The notes below the pieces were generated by a model. It searched no databases. It had not been told where the DNA came from and saw nothing but the letters and a program-made list of their open reading frames with translations. Made by a program: the position numbers and the translations under genes. From Vicugna vicugna (taxonomy: Eukaryota), in NCBI GenBank assembly GCA_013265495.1, contig MU058221.1:2294001-2358000 (forward strand): a stretch of 64,000 nucleotides of DNA, written 5' to 3'. The first letter of the stretch is position 1. Every line of letters starts with the position of its first letter. Shown in pieces: positions 38,116 through 50,879 of the stretch.

Positions 38116-39967
38116 TTCATGGAAAAGGGTAAGGAAGGGACAGAGTAATTTTTTTTTTCACGTTAAGCAGCTAGATGGTGCATTTCCAAGTTAAACGTTC
38201 TCTTAGTGGAAGTGATGTGAAAAAAGAATATTTGATCCTCTTGAAGTGTTCAGGACGGAGGCTTGTTTAATGGAATTCTGTATAGACAGATCTGTTGGCT
38301 TTGTTCTCTTCACTGGGCCTGGGGTGGGAACACCCAGCGTAAGTGTTGCATTATGATAATGCGTCTGCTTATATATGAAGGCATTACCTAGCAAAAATCC
38401 GAAATGACTCTTCCCCTGACATGACTAATGTTATTGCTGTTAATTAAGTGGTTGTTTGGAGGAACAGAGTAATTGTGAAATATTTTCAGGACATTCTTGT
38501 CTCCGAAGAGGAATGAGTTCCCATAGTAATAGTGCGCATTTATAGAATGGATAGTACATAAACTAATTAGAGGCAAAACAGTATACTCAAAGCACTGTTT
38601 TGATCTTTAATAAGACAGTTCCAACCCCCTGGAAAATATTTATAACTGAAGCATTTCTCTTAGAAATACTGTAACGGAGGGATTAGTACCAAGGCGGTCC
38701 CTGGGAGAGATAATAAAGAGTCCTTGGATTTGGAGAAGAACTTGCCAGTTCTCTCGTGGATTAGAAGTAATAGCAGTGAGTTGTCTGATAATCTCTCAGT
38801 GGTCTTCTCTTAGGAGTGATCTGGTAGAGGAAGGGGGAATTGCCCCAAGGAGCCCCATGAATGCCCTTGAAGGCCAAGTGTAAGAGTGTTGCCACAGCCA
38901 CCTGAGACAGAGGGAAGGCACTTACCCAAGAGAAACACCCGTAAGGAGGGAGGAGATCGCACCGCAGCGAACCTTCGGGCACCTTCACCAGGAAGAGGGA
39001 TCACGAGGCTTCTTCTCAGGGGTCAGTTCTGATCAGTTAATCAGTGGGTTGAGAAGGATCCTGAGGCCGCCTTCCGCCTCTGTGGGGAGGCAGACCGCAG
39101 CCAGTGAGGGATGTCTGCCACAGTTCGGTATGGGAGAGCCGCGATGTCCATCCGGCAGCCTTCAACTCAGATTCAAGAAAGCTCACTTCGTGGATGCTAG
39201 CTGTGTGGCGTTAGAGGAACTCGTGATGCGTTATAATGACTTTGGGGTTATTACAAGCTCTTGGCTTCATTGGTCCAGTCTCTCTGGCTGAAATCCTTGT
39301 TTATGGAACGTTAGGGGATGTGAAATGCCCTATAGCTTTGGATAAATCGGGATCAGTTTGGGACTGGGGTTGGGACTGAAAACTCTGTGATGTAACAACA
39401 TGGAAGCCAAGAAGTTCGCTCTGTCGTCATGTTCCCTTGAGATGTCCCTCACACGTTCTCTCAGTAAAGCTTGGACCTAGAGTACTCGTGGGCTGAATGC
39501 AGAGCCTCCATGTGTAATGGAACTGATTTCAAGAAGTTGATGGTTTTGTGGGTGCATTAATATTAGCAAAGGTAATGTCCCACATGATCACATGTGACCT
39601 TCACGGCACCCTCTGATGCTTAAGATGGGCTGTTCAGCCTGTTGGTAAAGGAGTGGAAGCCTGGAGAAATGAACTTGATGTCTCATAGTCTGTCAGTCAT
39701 AGACGCCAGATGCAAACCAAGGCCATTTCCCCACCCCATATTCCGACCCTGATGGGAGAGACAGTTAAACAAGTGTTCCCAGTATTCAAAAGGCAGTGAC
39801 TCTCAGAGTCACAGTGCTTCCATTAAGTGCTGAGCAGAATTTCATGTACCAACTGGAACGTGGTGTGAGTATGTGTGTGTGTGTGAGAGGAGAGAGGGCG
39901 GGGTAGGGAGTCATCTGTGCACAGGGCGCACAGCACACATCTGAGCACACAGAACTCCCTTTAAATG

Positions 39968-40161
39968 TTAACTACTGTATATAAAATAGATAAGCAACAA
40001 ATTTCTTTTGTTGCACAGGGAATTATATTCAATATCATACAGTAACATATAATGAGAAAGAATATGAAAAGGAATCTGTGTGCACATGTATGACTGAAAC
40101 ATTATGCTGCACACCAGAAATTGACACATTATAACCGACTATACTTCAGGTAAAAAAAAGT
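39968..40161 (+). mobile_element. Young L1 3' end with perfect 15-bp TSD
   Basis: tatgctgcacaccagaaattgacacattataaccgactatacttcagg(A)n. TSD aactccctttaaatg 39953-39967 / 40162-40176. Confidence 0.93.
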
Positions 40162-40541
40162 AACTCCCTTTAAATGGAAATGAGTGGGAGGATGAAGACA
40201 GCAAATAAATCAGCCGTAAAAAATACTTTAAATACATGTGCATTTGACACGACCCCACAGGCTTTTTCGAAAGGAACAGAATTATGGACTCTATTTAAAA
40301 CTTGTCAAGAAGACGTTTATTATTGACATTTTTAAAAAAAAAACAAGTGGTAAAGGAGAGACTGCTATATTAGTATGTAATTTAAAGCGCTTTTGGCAAA
40401 ACTAGGGTATTTTCTGTAAGGTAGGAAGAGGAGATAACCACGTGCTTTTCACACTCCACGGGCCCTCCTGTGGTTTTATTTTTGTTTTTTTGAACTGCAG
40501 GCTTTGCTGTATAATGCAAAGGGCATCACTTTGCAAAAACT

Positions 40542-40565
40542 ATTTGCATTTATGGGTATGCAAAT
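40542..40565. promoter_or_regulatory. Inverted pair of octamer (POU) motifs
   Basis: ATTTGCAT 40542-40549, 8-bp spacer, ATGCAAAT 40558-40565. Confidence 0.4.
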
Positions 40566-41240
40566 GATACTTTCTAGGAGAAAATCAAGTGCCAAATGCA
40601 TGCAGAATGCTGATGAGTTAAGATATTCACATGATTTTATAAAGCAAATAATCATCCAAAATACATCCTATTATAAAAAAAAATACAGAAGTTAAAATCA
40701 TCTTATTTTCTACTGATTACAAAATCCATGCTGAAGCCAGCATGGCCCTCAGAGAAGCAGACAGCAACTGCTAGGTCGTCCCCTCCCTTTTCTGGGACTG
40801 TCTGCAGCTGCCCTGCCACTTGAGATGCCTTCTATTCTCTCGGACTTTTCATACCCTCCTATTACGAAGCTTCTGGTTCTGGGTCATAATATTTCCTGCA
40901 AGACTGTGAGCTCTTTGCAGGCAGGCGTGTTTTCTCACCCAGTTTTTCTTCTTCGGCGTTGGAATGTGCACCATAATTGTTCCAGACACCCAGGCAGTGT
41001 TTGCCACGTGTGTAAAAGAGATCAGGGACCTTTGCTCTATGTGTTAGGGTCCCGGAAAGCTCTGTCCGTAGCTTAATTCAGCCTCTAACGGAGGACTTCT
41101 GGCTTGGGGCTGGGAGAGTGAATGCTAACCATAGCAGAGTCAGGCTATTGGAAAGGCACCTTGCGGCAGGGCTGGGCGGGGGATTTCGGGGGCGTCCCAC
41201 CCAGGCTGAGTCACAGTCAGGAGGAGGACAGCTATGTAGT

Positions 41241-41365
41241 GAACCAAATCTTACATCCCCATCACTCAGTCGTAGTTACTGTTTAATCTAGACTTTTGGA
41301 AGTTTTGGAACCGAACCGTACACCCCCATCACTCAAGTTCAGTTACCGCTTAATCTAGACGTTTG
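41241..41365. repeat. Diverged 67-bp tandem duplication
   Basis: gaaccaaatcttacatccccatcactcagtcgtagttactgtttaatctagacttttg vs gaaccgaaccgtacacccccatcactcaagttcagttaccgcttaatctagacgtttg. Confidence 0.88.
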
Positions 41366-41577
41366 AGCCTCTGCTAACCGTGAGTCCATAGTACACTGGG
41401 GTTTTGATGCCCCAGTTACAGACAGCGCATGGTGAGTTCTGGATGCTGGCCTGAGCATTTTAGGTTCCTTTAAATTCTTTCATATTTGGAGAATTTTTTT
41501 TTTCTAATCTGTCTAAAGGAACTCATCGTCCATTTAGAGAAAACCTGGGCCCAGTTCTGGGCAAATTTAATACCTAT

Positions 41578-42105
41578 TTCTGTTAGTCTTTCTGCTAAAC
41601 AAATTGCACCCCTCTCCCAAACCTAGAGGCGTGAAGCCACACCCGTCTTATTTTGCTCACAATGTTGGAGGTAACCCGTTTGGAAAGCTCTCACCGCACA
41701 TTTCTCATGTGGGGTGTCTCCTGATTTGCAGGCAGGTGTCAGCTGGGACTAGAGCCATCTGGATGCTCACATAGGCTGAGTACCCAGGGTGGCTCATTCC
41801 CGTGGTGGGCACATTACCTGTCTGCCAGCTGGGAGCTCCAGTGGGCTGTGGACCAGAGCACCTGCCTGGCCTCTCCAGCCTGGTGGTTTCAGGGTGGTTG
41901 GACTTTGTAAATGGCAGCTGGCTGGCTTCCCCCAGGGCAGGCATCCCAGGGGAACCAGGCAGAAGCCTTTTATAACCAGCCTTGGAAGTCGGACAGGGTC
42001 CCTTCTGCCATATCTATTGGTCACCACGGTCATACAGGTACCCAAGGGGACTCTGTCAATGGGAGAACTTTAAAAAATATATACATCATGTTTTAAAAGT
42101 TCCGT
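41578..42105 (-). mobile_element. MaLR LTR, MLT1F/H-like
   Basis: ttattttgctcacaatgttgg...gctgggagctccagtgggctgtggaccagagcacc...ccagccttggaagtcggacagggtcccttctgccatatctattggtc. Confidence 0.75.
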
Positions 42106-43544
42106 AATCTTTTCTTAAGTATCTGTTATTTCTACTATTTTTATTTTTAGTTGCAGTAGCTTATTATAGTTTGGTTGATTTCCCCGTTTCTTAAGCTTCC
42201 CCAAAGTACCACAAGGTTCTCTTTTAATGCTTTCTTTAACAGATGTATATTACATCTCCAATACATATACCATGAGGGTTTTGCCAGAAACGCACCACGC
42301 CGGTTAAATAATTGGGCCAGCCTGCAAGCTACTGTCAAATCATCGCCAACAACCAGTACTGAAATCAAGAGTGCGTTTCCCCCCTTGCACGTCATAAACT
42401 CTTCGATCCCACGCTGCTCTCATCCCTCAAATTCCTAATGCCGATTTTCACTGACTGTGTCCAGAAAAGCAGTGCCATGTTTTAGAACAGCAGCGCAAGA
42501 AGCACACGTCTGATTTCACTCTGAGATGCACCATCTGGATCGGGGGCTTAGAAATACATCCAAATGAAATTTCATAAAAAACGGGCCATTGGAAAAAAAA
42601 TGTGTATTGTTAATCTTTGGGGAAACAATAGAATGGAAATAAGGATGGCATGTTTTTCCAGCGTAATGAACCTCAACAGCTTCCATTGTGGCTGCCCGAG
42701 CGGGTTTGATTGCCAGTTGTTAAATGAGCCTGCATGTCGGAAAGTGGGTGTAGATCACTCGGCAGAGCGGCAGACAGATGATGTTTGCTTTAAAGAGAGA
42801 GATTACACCATTGCAAATATCATTCAGGGCAGTTTCACAAAGGCCAGTGTCCGGCTGTGTGCCCAGGCAGCAGGTTGAGTCTGCCCTTTCCTCCCGTTCT
42901 TGTTTTCAAAGAGTTTTGCAGAAGAGCAGGTCCCAGAGAGGGCCCTCATCCACAAGTGTAAAGACGGTGATCCCAAATGGAGCACTTGGGAGTGACTGGG
43001 GAAGTCGCTGAGAAGCCGTGCCCTCTTCTCTGATTTTCGAGTAAGCCTTGACTCCGTCATTTTTTCTTGGAAAACTCTCTGGCTACTTGCCCGGGAGAGG
43101 TTAACTGCCTAAAATGCCTTAATCAAGTTACACTCTCAAGGTGTACGTGTCTCCGCCCACAGGAAGGAGAAATCACAGAGACCTTCGATAGGCTCTGAGC
43201 TGGTGGCACTTCCTGCATGGCGAAATTGAAGAGGGGGTGAAACATAAGTATTCCCTGCAGTTTTTTTTTTCCTGTGTCCAGTTCCCAAAATTAGAATCAC
43301 TGGTGGTGGTCCAACACTGTGGTGTTCCAGCTTTTTACAGAACTCTGTGTCCAGACAGAATCCTCTTTGGTGGCCTAACATATATAAAGCAGCTAAAAAC
43401 TAGAGTTGCTCCAACAGACTCAGGAGACCATTCAGATCCACCCACACCCCGGGCGGCCAAGGTCTAAGATTTGTCCTCCAAAAGCCCCAAAGAAGATGCT
43501 CTCAGAGTTTTATCAGCTGAGCAGTTCAATAATAAACTTTCACC

Positions 43545-43660
43545 ATTATTCATATTAATTAATTATTATTATACCATCATTATTATAATGATAATATAAT
43601 TACCGTTAATATTAATATTAATTAACATTAATATTATTTCAAATAATAGTATTATTTTCA
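43545..43660. repeat. AT-rich low-complexity tract
   Basis: attattcatattaattaattattattataccatcattattataatgataatataat... Confidence 0.85.
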
Positions 43661-43774
43661 TTCAGTTTACAGACATTTCACATAATTTCCAGTCCTCATA
43701 ACCAACCTGTAATATGAGTATTATCAACACCATGTTTTAAAGAAACTGTGTCTCAAGAAAGAGTAAAATCCATT

Positions 43775-44180
43775 GAGAGATATATGGATAAGGAGAATGT
43801 GCTATGTGCATACCATAGAATATTTTTCAGCCTTAAAAAAAGAGGTGAATTGTGCAGTATGGGACACCATGGAGGAATCTTGAGGACAGGATGCTAAGTG
43901 AAAGGCCAGAAGGGGAAATACTGTTTGAACCTACTGACAGGAATATCTAAAATAGTTAAATTCGTACAACTGAAGAGGAGAAGGGTGGTTGCCGGGGCTG
44001 GGGGAATGAAGACATGGGGAGCTATTAATCCATGGGCTTAAAGTTTCAGTTAAGCAAGAGAAGGTCTGGAGATCTGTTGTCAAACAATGTACCTTAGTCA
44101 AAAACATTGTACGCTTAAACATTTGCTGAGAGAATTGACCTTCTGTTAAATGTTCTTACCACAATAAAAAAAAAAAAAAA
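43775..44180 (+). mobile_element. L1MA9/10-like 3' end with poly(A)
   Basis: tttcagccttaaaaaaagagg...ttgaggacaggatgctaagtgaaa...acatttgctgagagaattgaccttctgttaaatgttcttaccacaataaa(A)n. Confidence 0.85.
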
Positions 44181-44399
44181 GGAGTAGCCATTTGCCACGC
44201 TAGGAGGTATAGCAGGGGCTGAAGTCTAGATCCTCCTGGCTTTCAAGTCTGAATCCCTGACACCCTGGGGAGAAATGAGGGACGGAACATGTCACATGAC
44301 AGGCCTGCCCTCAGGTGATCTGCCTCCTGCCCTGACGCTGCCACTCCCAGCTGTGCGATGCAGGCAAGCCACCGCGCCTCTGTTTCTGTTTCTTTTAAT

Positions 44400-44765
44400 T
44401 TTTAACCTTCACTTTATTTTATGTATTTAATTAAAATGTATTTGAAGGTGCATTTTAAATACAACTATAATTGTAGTAATTTTGAAGTATAAGACATACT
44501 CAGCCTTTCAAGGGGTGCGAATCCGTGTTTTTTTTTTTTTTTTTAGTATTGTGTAATTATCACTACCATCAAATTTTAGAACAGTTTATCACCCAAAGGA
44601 GACCCCGTGCATCTTAGTAGTCACTTGTTCCTCTTCCCTTTCCCCGGCTCCTGGCAGTCACTCATCTACTTCCTGTCTCTATGTTTGCCTTTTCTGGACA
44701 TTTCATTTAAGTGGGATCATCCAGTATGTGGCCTTTTGTGTCTGGCTTCTTTCACGTAGCATAAG
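44400..44765 (-). mobile_element. L1MB-like 3' fragment inserted in a MIR
   Basis: ctcctggcagtcactcatctacttcctgtctctatgtttgccttttctggacatttcatttaagtgggatcatccagtatgtggccttttgtgtctggcttctttcac; MIR halves at ~44330-44390 and ~44767-44870. Confidence 0.82.
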
Positions 44766-45078
44766 GTACCTAACCTCTTAGGCCTCGACTTCCCATCTGT
44801 AATATGGGCATAAAGACAGCTACCTTGAAAGATAGTTGTAAAGCTAAGGTAATTCACAAAAAAGCATTTAACCCAATAATCAGGGCATGATAAGTCCAAG
44901 AAAAGGAAACACACCAGTCAGGGCAACATTAATAACTGGATTAATAGAAGTAAGGATTCTAGGAAAGGATACTGACAAAATCTGGAGATTAAAGGGAATG
45001 GGGGCCCCAAGAAGAAGGTGGGGACCAACTGAGAAAGGTTTTGTTTCTGTGTCACCTCATTTATTCTTTTGCCTCAAT

Positions 45079-45295
45079 CAGGGTTTCTCAGCTTTGGCTT
45101 TATTGCCATTTTGAGCTGAATAATTACTTTCTGTGGGAGATTGACCTGTGCGCTTTCTAAGTACGTTTAGCAGCATCCATGGCCTCACTTAACAGATGCT
45201 GGTAGCCCTCCACCTCCAGCTGTGACAACTGAAAATGTCTCCAGACATTGCCAAACGTCCCCGAGGGCAAAGTCAGCCCCAGAAGACAATCTCTG
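45079..45295. mobile_element. MER20-like hAT DNA transposon
   Basis: cagggtttctcagctttggc...tttagcagcatccatggcctc..agatgctggtagc...tgtgacaactgaaaatgtctccagacattgccaaacgtcccc. Confidence 0.88.
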
Positions 45296-45382
45296 ACGCA
45301 GTCCTTGCGCCGAACTGTAGAAGTGATTGTCTTCCCTAAACAAAATGTCTTCAGTTTTTATAGTCAGTTTAATGCTATTGGT

Positions 45383-45624
45383 CTGCACCGTCCAACACAG
45401 TAGCCTCTAGATACAGGTAACTGTTTACACTTAAAACGATTGAAATTAAAGAAAATTAAAAAATCAGTCACGCTAACCACAAGTCGTCAGGTGCTGCATA
45501 GCCACGTGCTGGCCACCGCACTGTCGTGGCCACCACGTGTATTGTATCGTAGGTGACGGCTACCATGTTGGGCAGCACAGAATGAAATGTTTCCGAAACC
45601 ACAGAACGTGCCGTCGCAGAGCAC
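45383..45624. mobile_element. MER3-like hAT DNA transposon
   Basis: ctgcaccgtccaacacagtagcctctag...aaattaaagaaaattaaaaaatcag...atagccacgtg...ggctaccatgttgggcagcacag. Confidence 0.75.
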
Positions 45625-46914
45625 CCTAACAGACAGAATCCTTCTCGCTCACAGGCGAGTTTCTTGGTCTTTGGGAATAAGAGATGCATCACTTGTGATT
45701 CTCTAGGCGTCAGGAGAGAAGGCGGTCCCTGAAACGCTCACTGGGCTGACTCTCTCGGCGACGAGCAAGCCTCCCCTCCCTGAATACTCTCCCGTGTGTG
45801 CAGGTGGGGAGCAGCATCTGGTCCCAGGGTCCGCCCCACGGTTTTCCTGAAGGAAGGAAAGATGCACACGGGGCCCCTTGAATGAAGACCACAGACCTAC
45901 CTGTCGCGGTTTGAAGGTCAGAGATCAGCCGGTTTGCGACCCACAGGGGAAGCGCGCAGGGTAAGGACTCCTGGGCTGGCTGGAACGGGGGAGGTTTCCT
46001 AGAGAGCCTGGGAGGTGGCTGACAGCATCCAGGAGGGCACGCAGAAGATGCGCGAGGTCAGATCTGAAGGGCGCTGGGATGGCGCCTGAAGGAGTCAGTT
46101 AACATCAGTGCTCATCTGCAAGATGACACGACAGAGCACACCTTACAGGGATTCGTGAGTTTTAAATAAAAAGACATACGTGTAAAATGCTTGGCATAAA
46201 GTGCCTGACCGCGCTCAACAAATAAAAATGATCACGAATTTAGATGGAAGTAATTAATCGTTCTCACGTCTTTTACCCACAGTTCTTATGTGTCATTGCT
46301 GACTGAAGACCCCCAGCCCCCTTAGACGTTCTGACAGCTCTTCCTGGAAGCCCGGGGGCCCCGTGTTCACGTCTGGTGCGCTCCTGCCGCGTGCGGGGCT
46401 TGGCAGTACCTTTCTTCCCGCATCACGGTCTGCTCTTTGTTGGGCAAAGGAGGCTCCCTGGCATCTGCCGAGGGCACGGTTGTAGTCCTGGCCTCCTGAG
46501 GACCCAGAGCTGTGCCCCTGTCTCTGTCCGAGCGTGTCCTGTCCTGAGTGCCTTCCAGCATTTGAGGCAGTCGCTCCTTCTGAATTTTTTCCCCTTTTCT
46601 GCTCTCCGTACAACTTAGTTATGTGTCTGTTGGGAGCGTGGCAGAGAGAACCACTCCGTCTTCATAACTTCCGCTCCCCTCCAGGGACCACAGCTCGAAT
46701 GGCTCTGGGCTTGTGGCCCCAACCCGGCTTGTCCCAAGAGGCTCCTCCGTCACTTGATGCAAGGAGCCATTCCTCCCCTGCCGTGTCTTCTAAATAGGAT
46801 TTTTCTCTGCAAGTAGAGGTGTCCACTTGAATTACTATAGTGAGGAGCTGAGTATTGCCACAGAGGGCGTGTGGGGATGGAGGGAACTTGAATAAAGTTT
46901 ACAAATCTGATGGA

Positions 46915-47252
46915 AAAAATGCTACGAATTCTATTTACAAACCAAAAACAGACTCCCCGACATAGAAAACAAACTGTGGTTACCAAAGGGGAAAGGGTGG
47001 GGAGGGATAAATTAGGGGTTGGGGGTTAACAGACACATGTTACTGTATACAAAATAGGTAAACAACAAGGACCCACTGTACAGCACAGGGAACTATATTC
47101 AATATCTTGTAACCTACAATGGAAAAGAATCTAAAAAGAAAACGTATATACGTACGTATATGTATAACTGTATCACTCTGCTGCACACCTGAAACTAACA
47201 TTGTAAATCACTTATGCTTGAACAAATTTCTTTTTGGAAAAAAAGGGAAAAA
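46915..47252 (+). mobile_element. L1 3' UTR (artiodactyl-type)
   Basis: atttacaaaccaaaaacagactccccgacatagaaaacaaactgtggttaccaaaggggaaagg...ctgcacacctgaaactaacattgtaaatc. Degenerate TSD aaatctgatgga 46903-46914 / aagtcagatgga 47253-47264. Confidence 0.9.
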
Positions 47253-48171
47253 AAGTCAGATGGAGAACCTCCACACCACTTTTCTAAACCATGAGGTCGT
47301 AACTTAGGCATTACAGGTGAAGCTGCGCTCAACCCGAATGTGAGCAGGGTCGCCCTGTCTTTCTCTCACGTGAGCTAGTGAGTGTGTCCCTTTCTCGTTT
47401 TCTGAGACAGCCCACAGGCTCGGCGTCTTTTCCTTCCAGCTGACCAGTAAATCACAGACATACGTGGCTCACCATGTTTCTCTGGCGGCGTATTTGCAGA
47501 GCCAGCCCACCACATGTCCTCGCGTTGTGGTCCTCGCTGCCGTGAACGCGCCATCTGCTGAGACCCAGGCCCTCCTTCCCTGCCCTGGGTATGTAGTGCA
47601 TGCAGGGAGGCCCGCCCACACCCTGAGCAAGAATGAACAGAGCCCCTGGACGAAGATGCCAGACGGGGCCACAAGTCACAGAGGCTCTGGGCGTTCAAGA
47701 CAGTGGACCCAAACCCTTACTAAATAGAAAACTTGATACAAACTTGTAATAGAACATCTGACCCTTTTTGGTAATTCTTTTCTCAACATACATAATGCTA
47801 TGGGGAAAGCTGCTCACGGTTCCTCTAGTAGCAAATCTATTTAGCAAAAAGCACGAGTCAGCAAGGTTTGGAGATTTTACGAACCTTCTAAGGTCTCATA
47901 GGATTGATAGTGACATCTTTAGTCATGAGAACATCTCTATTTTCAGGTCAGATGTGTTGTTTCACAACTTTTGGTTGGAATTCTCAGCCACAGGTCAAAC
48001 TGTAATGGTTAACCTAATTCTGTTTTCTGAATTCTGTTGTTCTGTGTAACCTCTAGGGGAAAAATGAATGGGACATGTTTCCTCTGATTTCTAAGCATAC
48101 ACAGAGTCAGACAAATGAATCTCACTCTGCCCAATGGATCATTTATATATGAGGCCTTACTGTTTATCCCA

Positions 48172-48326
48172 TTTTTTTTTAATTGAAGTCTAGTCGATTT
48201 ACAATGTTGTGTTGATTTCTGGTATGTGGCATAGTGATTCAGTTTATATATAGAGAGATTCCTTTTCATATTATTTTTCATTATAGGCTATTATAAGGTA
48301 TTGGATCTAGTTCCCTATGCGATGCA
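48172..48326 (-). mobile_element. L1 3' end
   Basis: tttttttttaattgaagtctagtcgatttacaatgttgtgttgatttctgg...ttataggctattataaggtattggatctagttccctatgc. Confidence 0.88.
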
Positions 48327-50879
48327 AATTCTTCAGCAAAGCAGAGAAGAATTCTCACTGCAAAAGCCTCAACACCTGCACATTTGTCTGTAAATTTATA
48401 GTTTTGGATATTAGCAAAATTGCAAGGGAATGTGGAAGAGATCCACAAAATGAACTTGAAAAACGACCATAAAAACGATGGAGGGCAGCTTAGGGCGTGA
48501 AGTAGTGAAGCGAGGAGGCGGTCAGGAAGGGAGCTCTCTCCACTCAGAGACCGTTGCTCAGTTCACGCCACCGTCGCTCCGTGAAGAACAGAGGAAGCTG
48601 AACAGAGTGACTGGGTCTCCAGAGGAGCTCCGAACCCCCAGGAACCGGCAGTGATGTGTGGGAAGAACCCATCCCACAGAGGCGCTGACGCATCTCAGAC
48701 ACGGAAAAAATGCTCTTACTTTCTTTATCATTTATTGAAAAGTTCATTAGTTGCAGTGCGTCTCCCTTATACAAAGCTGTTCTCAGCGAATCGTATTAGT
48801 AAGAAAAAGTAGGCATTTTAATGAGTTCACACGTGCTATTGATTTTAAGGGCAATGAGGATGTGTCAGAGGCAGAGAAGGGCGTTCAACTAGCACATGAC
48901 CTAAAAAGCCGAACATCATGGGCGTTTGACTTGTTTTGAGATTTTAAGTATCATCTCAAATACTGACATTTTTCAGTGGAGGAGACCAAGGTTGAGACAG
49001 CTGAGATAATTTGAAGCTTGTGACCGTCTCTGAAAACAAGAGCAGTAGGCAAGATAATAAAACCACCACGTCTTAAATCTTAAGAAGAATGTATCCTAAA
49101 TTACAATGGATAGCAGTAGGCAGACATCATTCAGTTTACAGATACTCATTGTTCACAGTTGCACAGCAGGGATGTGTTTAGCTAAGCGGACCACGCACCC
49201 AACACTGTCCTGCAGAAGCCTTGCATCCCCTGTGACTGAAAACCAGAGGTACGAAGAGAACGAAAAGTGCCTGCTTCCTCCTTATATTCTGTGTTTTTGC
49301 TCTGCTTATGCAACCAAATTGGGATTTGATGGGCTCGAAGGGCCTGGCGTCCATCCATGGCTCCACCGTAGGGAGTTGGATCTCAGTCCCTAGCCTTGGG
49401 GAGCATTTCACTTCACTGCAATAAAAACAACCCCAGCAGCGTTTTGCGTTAGGATTTGTGTTTGTCGCAAATTCCGAGAGACCCTAAACTGGGAGTTCAA
49501 AACTATTTATGAGTGGGTTCTGAGAGCAGCTTAAGCTAAGGGAGTTCCAGGTTGCTAGAGAGTGAATTGTACCCAGACTAAAAATTTCAGAAACACTGTG
49601 ACTCCTTAACCCTGCAGCCGGGCTGAGCATTGCCAGCTGTGCAGTAATGCCTCTGGCATTATTTCTTGGCAGGGAGGATCCGAGGTGGGGAGGTTAATTG
49701 CTGAAGAGGAGTGTGAGGTGCGGAGCAGGAGTGAGATGAATGCGGTGGTTTCTGGCAGACAGCCGAGCCCCTCATCTCCATCTCTTAGAGGCCAGGACCA
49801 GTGGGCAGGTGTGTAATTAAGATCACGAGGAGATGTTGCAGTCAGGGACCCTGCTTCCCTTGGAAATGAGGTAAGGAACTTTCCAGAAATGAGAGACCTC
49901 GGGCTCCAGTCCCTAGTCCGCAGCTGCCAGGAATGCAGTGTACTGGGGACAGAAGAGATTATATATTATCTAGCCATAGATGGCTGTTACTAACACACCA
50001 AGTGACATGAATGGAGGGGGTTAAATCTTTCTTCAAGACAGTGCATCTGAAGTTTCTCAGTTTTAAATTTCATCTTAATGGAGGCTGGGATGGCACAGTG
50101 GCGCTATTTTTACAGTATCTGAAGTTAAATAAAATTTTACTTGTATTTCATTATTTATGAACCTGATTTTTAGGGACTTTTGACATTTACATCACATTTT
50201 TAACAGCTTAAATTTCCATACAGTAATAGTGTTTTGTTTTTTTTTTTCATTGGGAGCATATGCACCAAGCCATCAGCTAACAACCCCTGCTTAGAACTAG
50301 TTGTGAACTGCTGGCCATGAGCCATATCTTGACCAAGCCAAGTTTTATTGGGCTCACAGAGTTTTTAATTCTTTTATTTTAATGTTGCTAACATTTGAAA
50401 ATTGAGTGTTGTCCTCTGAAAATCCAGATTTCCAAAGACTCTTGAGATGGGAAACCTTAAGATGGAAAGACTTGTCATTCTGGGGTCTGAGTGGCAGCAT
50501 GGCTGCCAGGGACAGGGACTCAGGAGCGGCTCTCTGCTTCAGGCTGGGAACACATCTCCAAGTTTGCTGCAGATCCGATCCCTCACAGGGCCAGCCCTCT
50601 CCTTTCTCTGATGCTCTCTGCCTGGTACCCACATTTGAGTTTGTGACCTCCATGCAGAACAGCCTTTGCAAAAGTTTGAGACCATGTGCGTATGCCCAGG
50701 GGAAGTTTGATGTAGCAGATAACTTTCCCGGGAGCTGAGGGTACCCCAGACTTCACAGGTACACATGCATAACCATGTTACTGGCTTCTGATCTCAACCT
50801 TGTAAGCCAGAGAATTAGGTACATTACTAAACGTATGTTGGGGGTACACTGAAGCTCTCTGGAAGGAAGAGTTTAGTAA

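Noticed and set aside
41241..41365. Repeat-spacer-repeat pattern as a CRISPR-like array
   Set aside because: Only two diverged units in a mammalian context with no cas genes; a simple tandem duplication.
42243..42438. Exon after the strong acceptor tttctttaacag
   Set aside because: No good donor downstream and no recognisable peptide in any frame.
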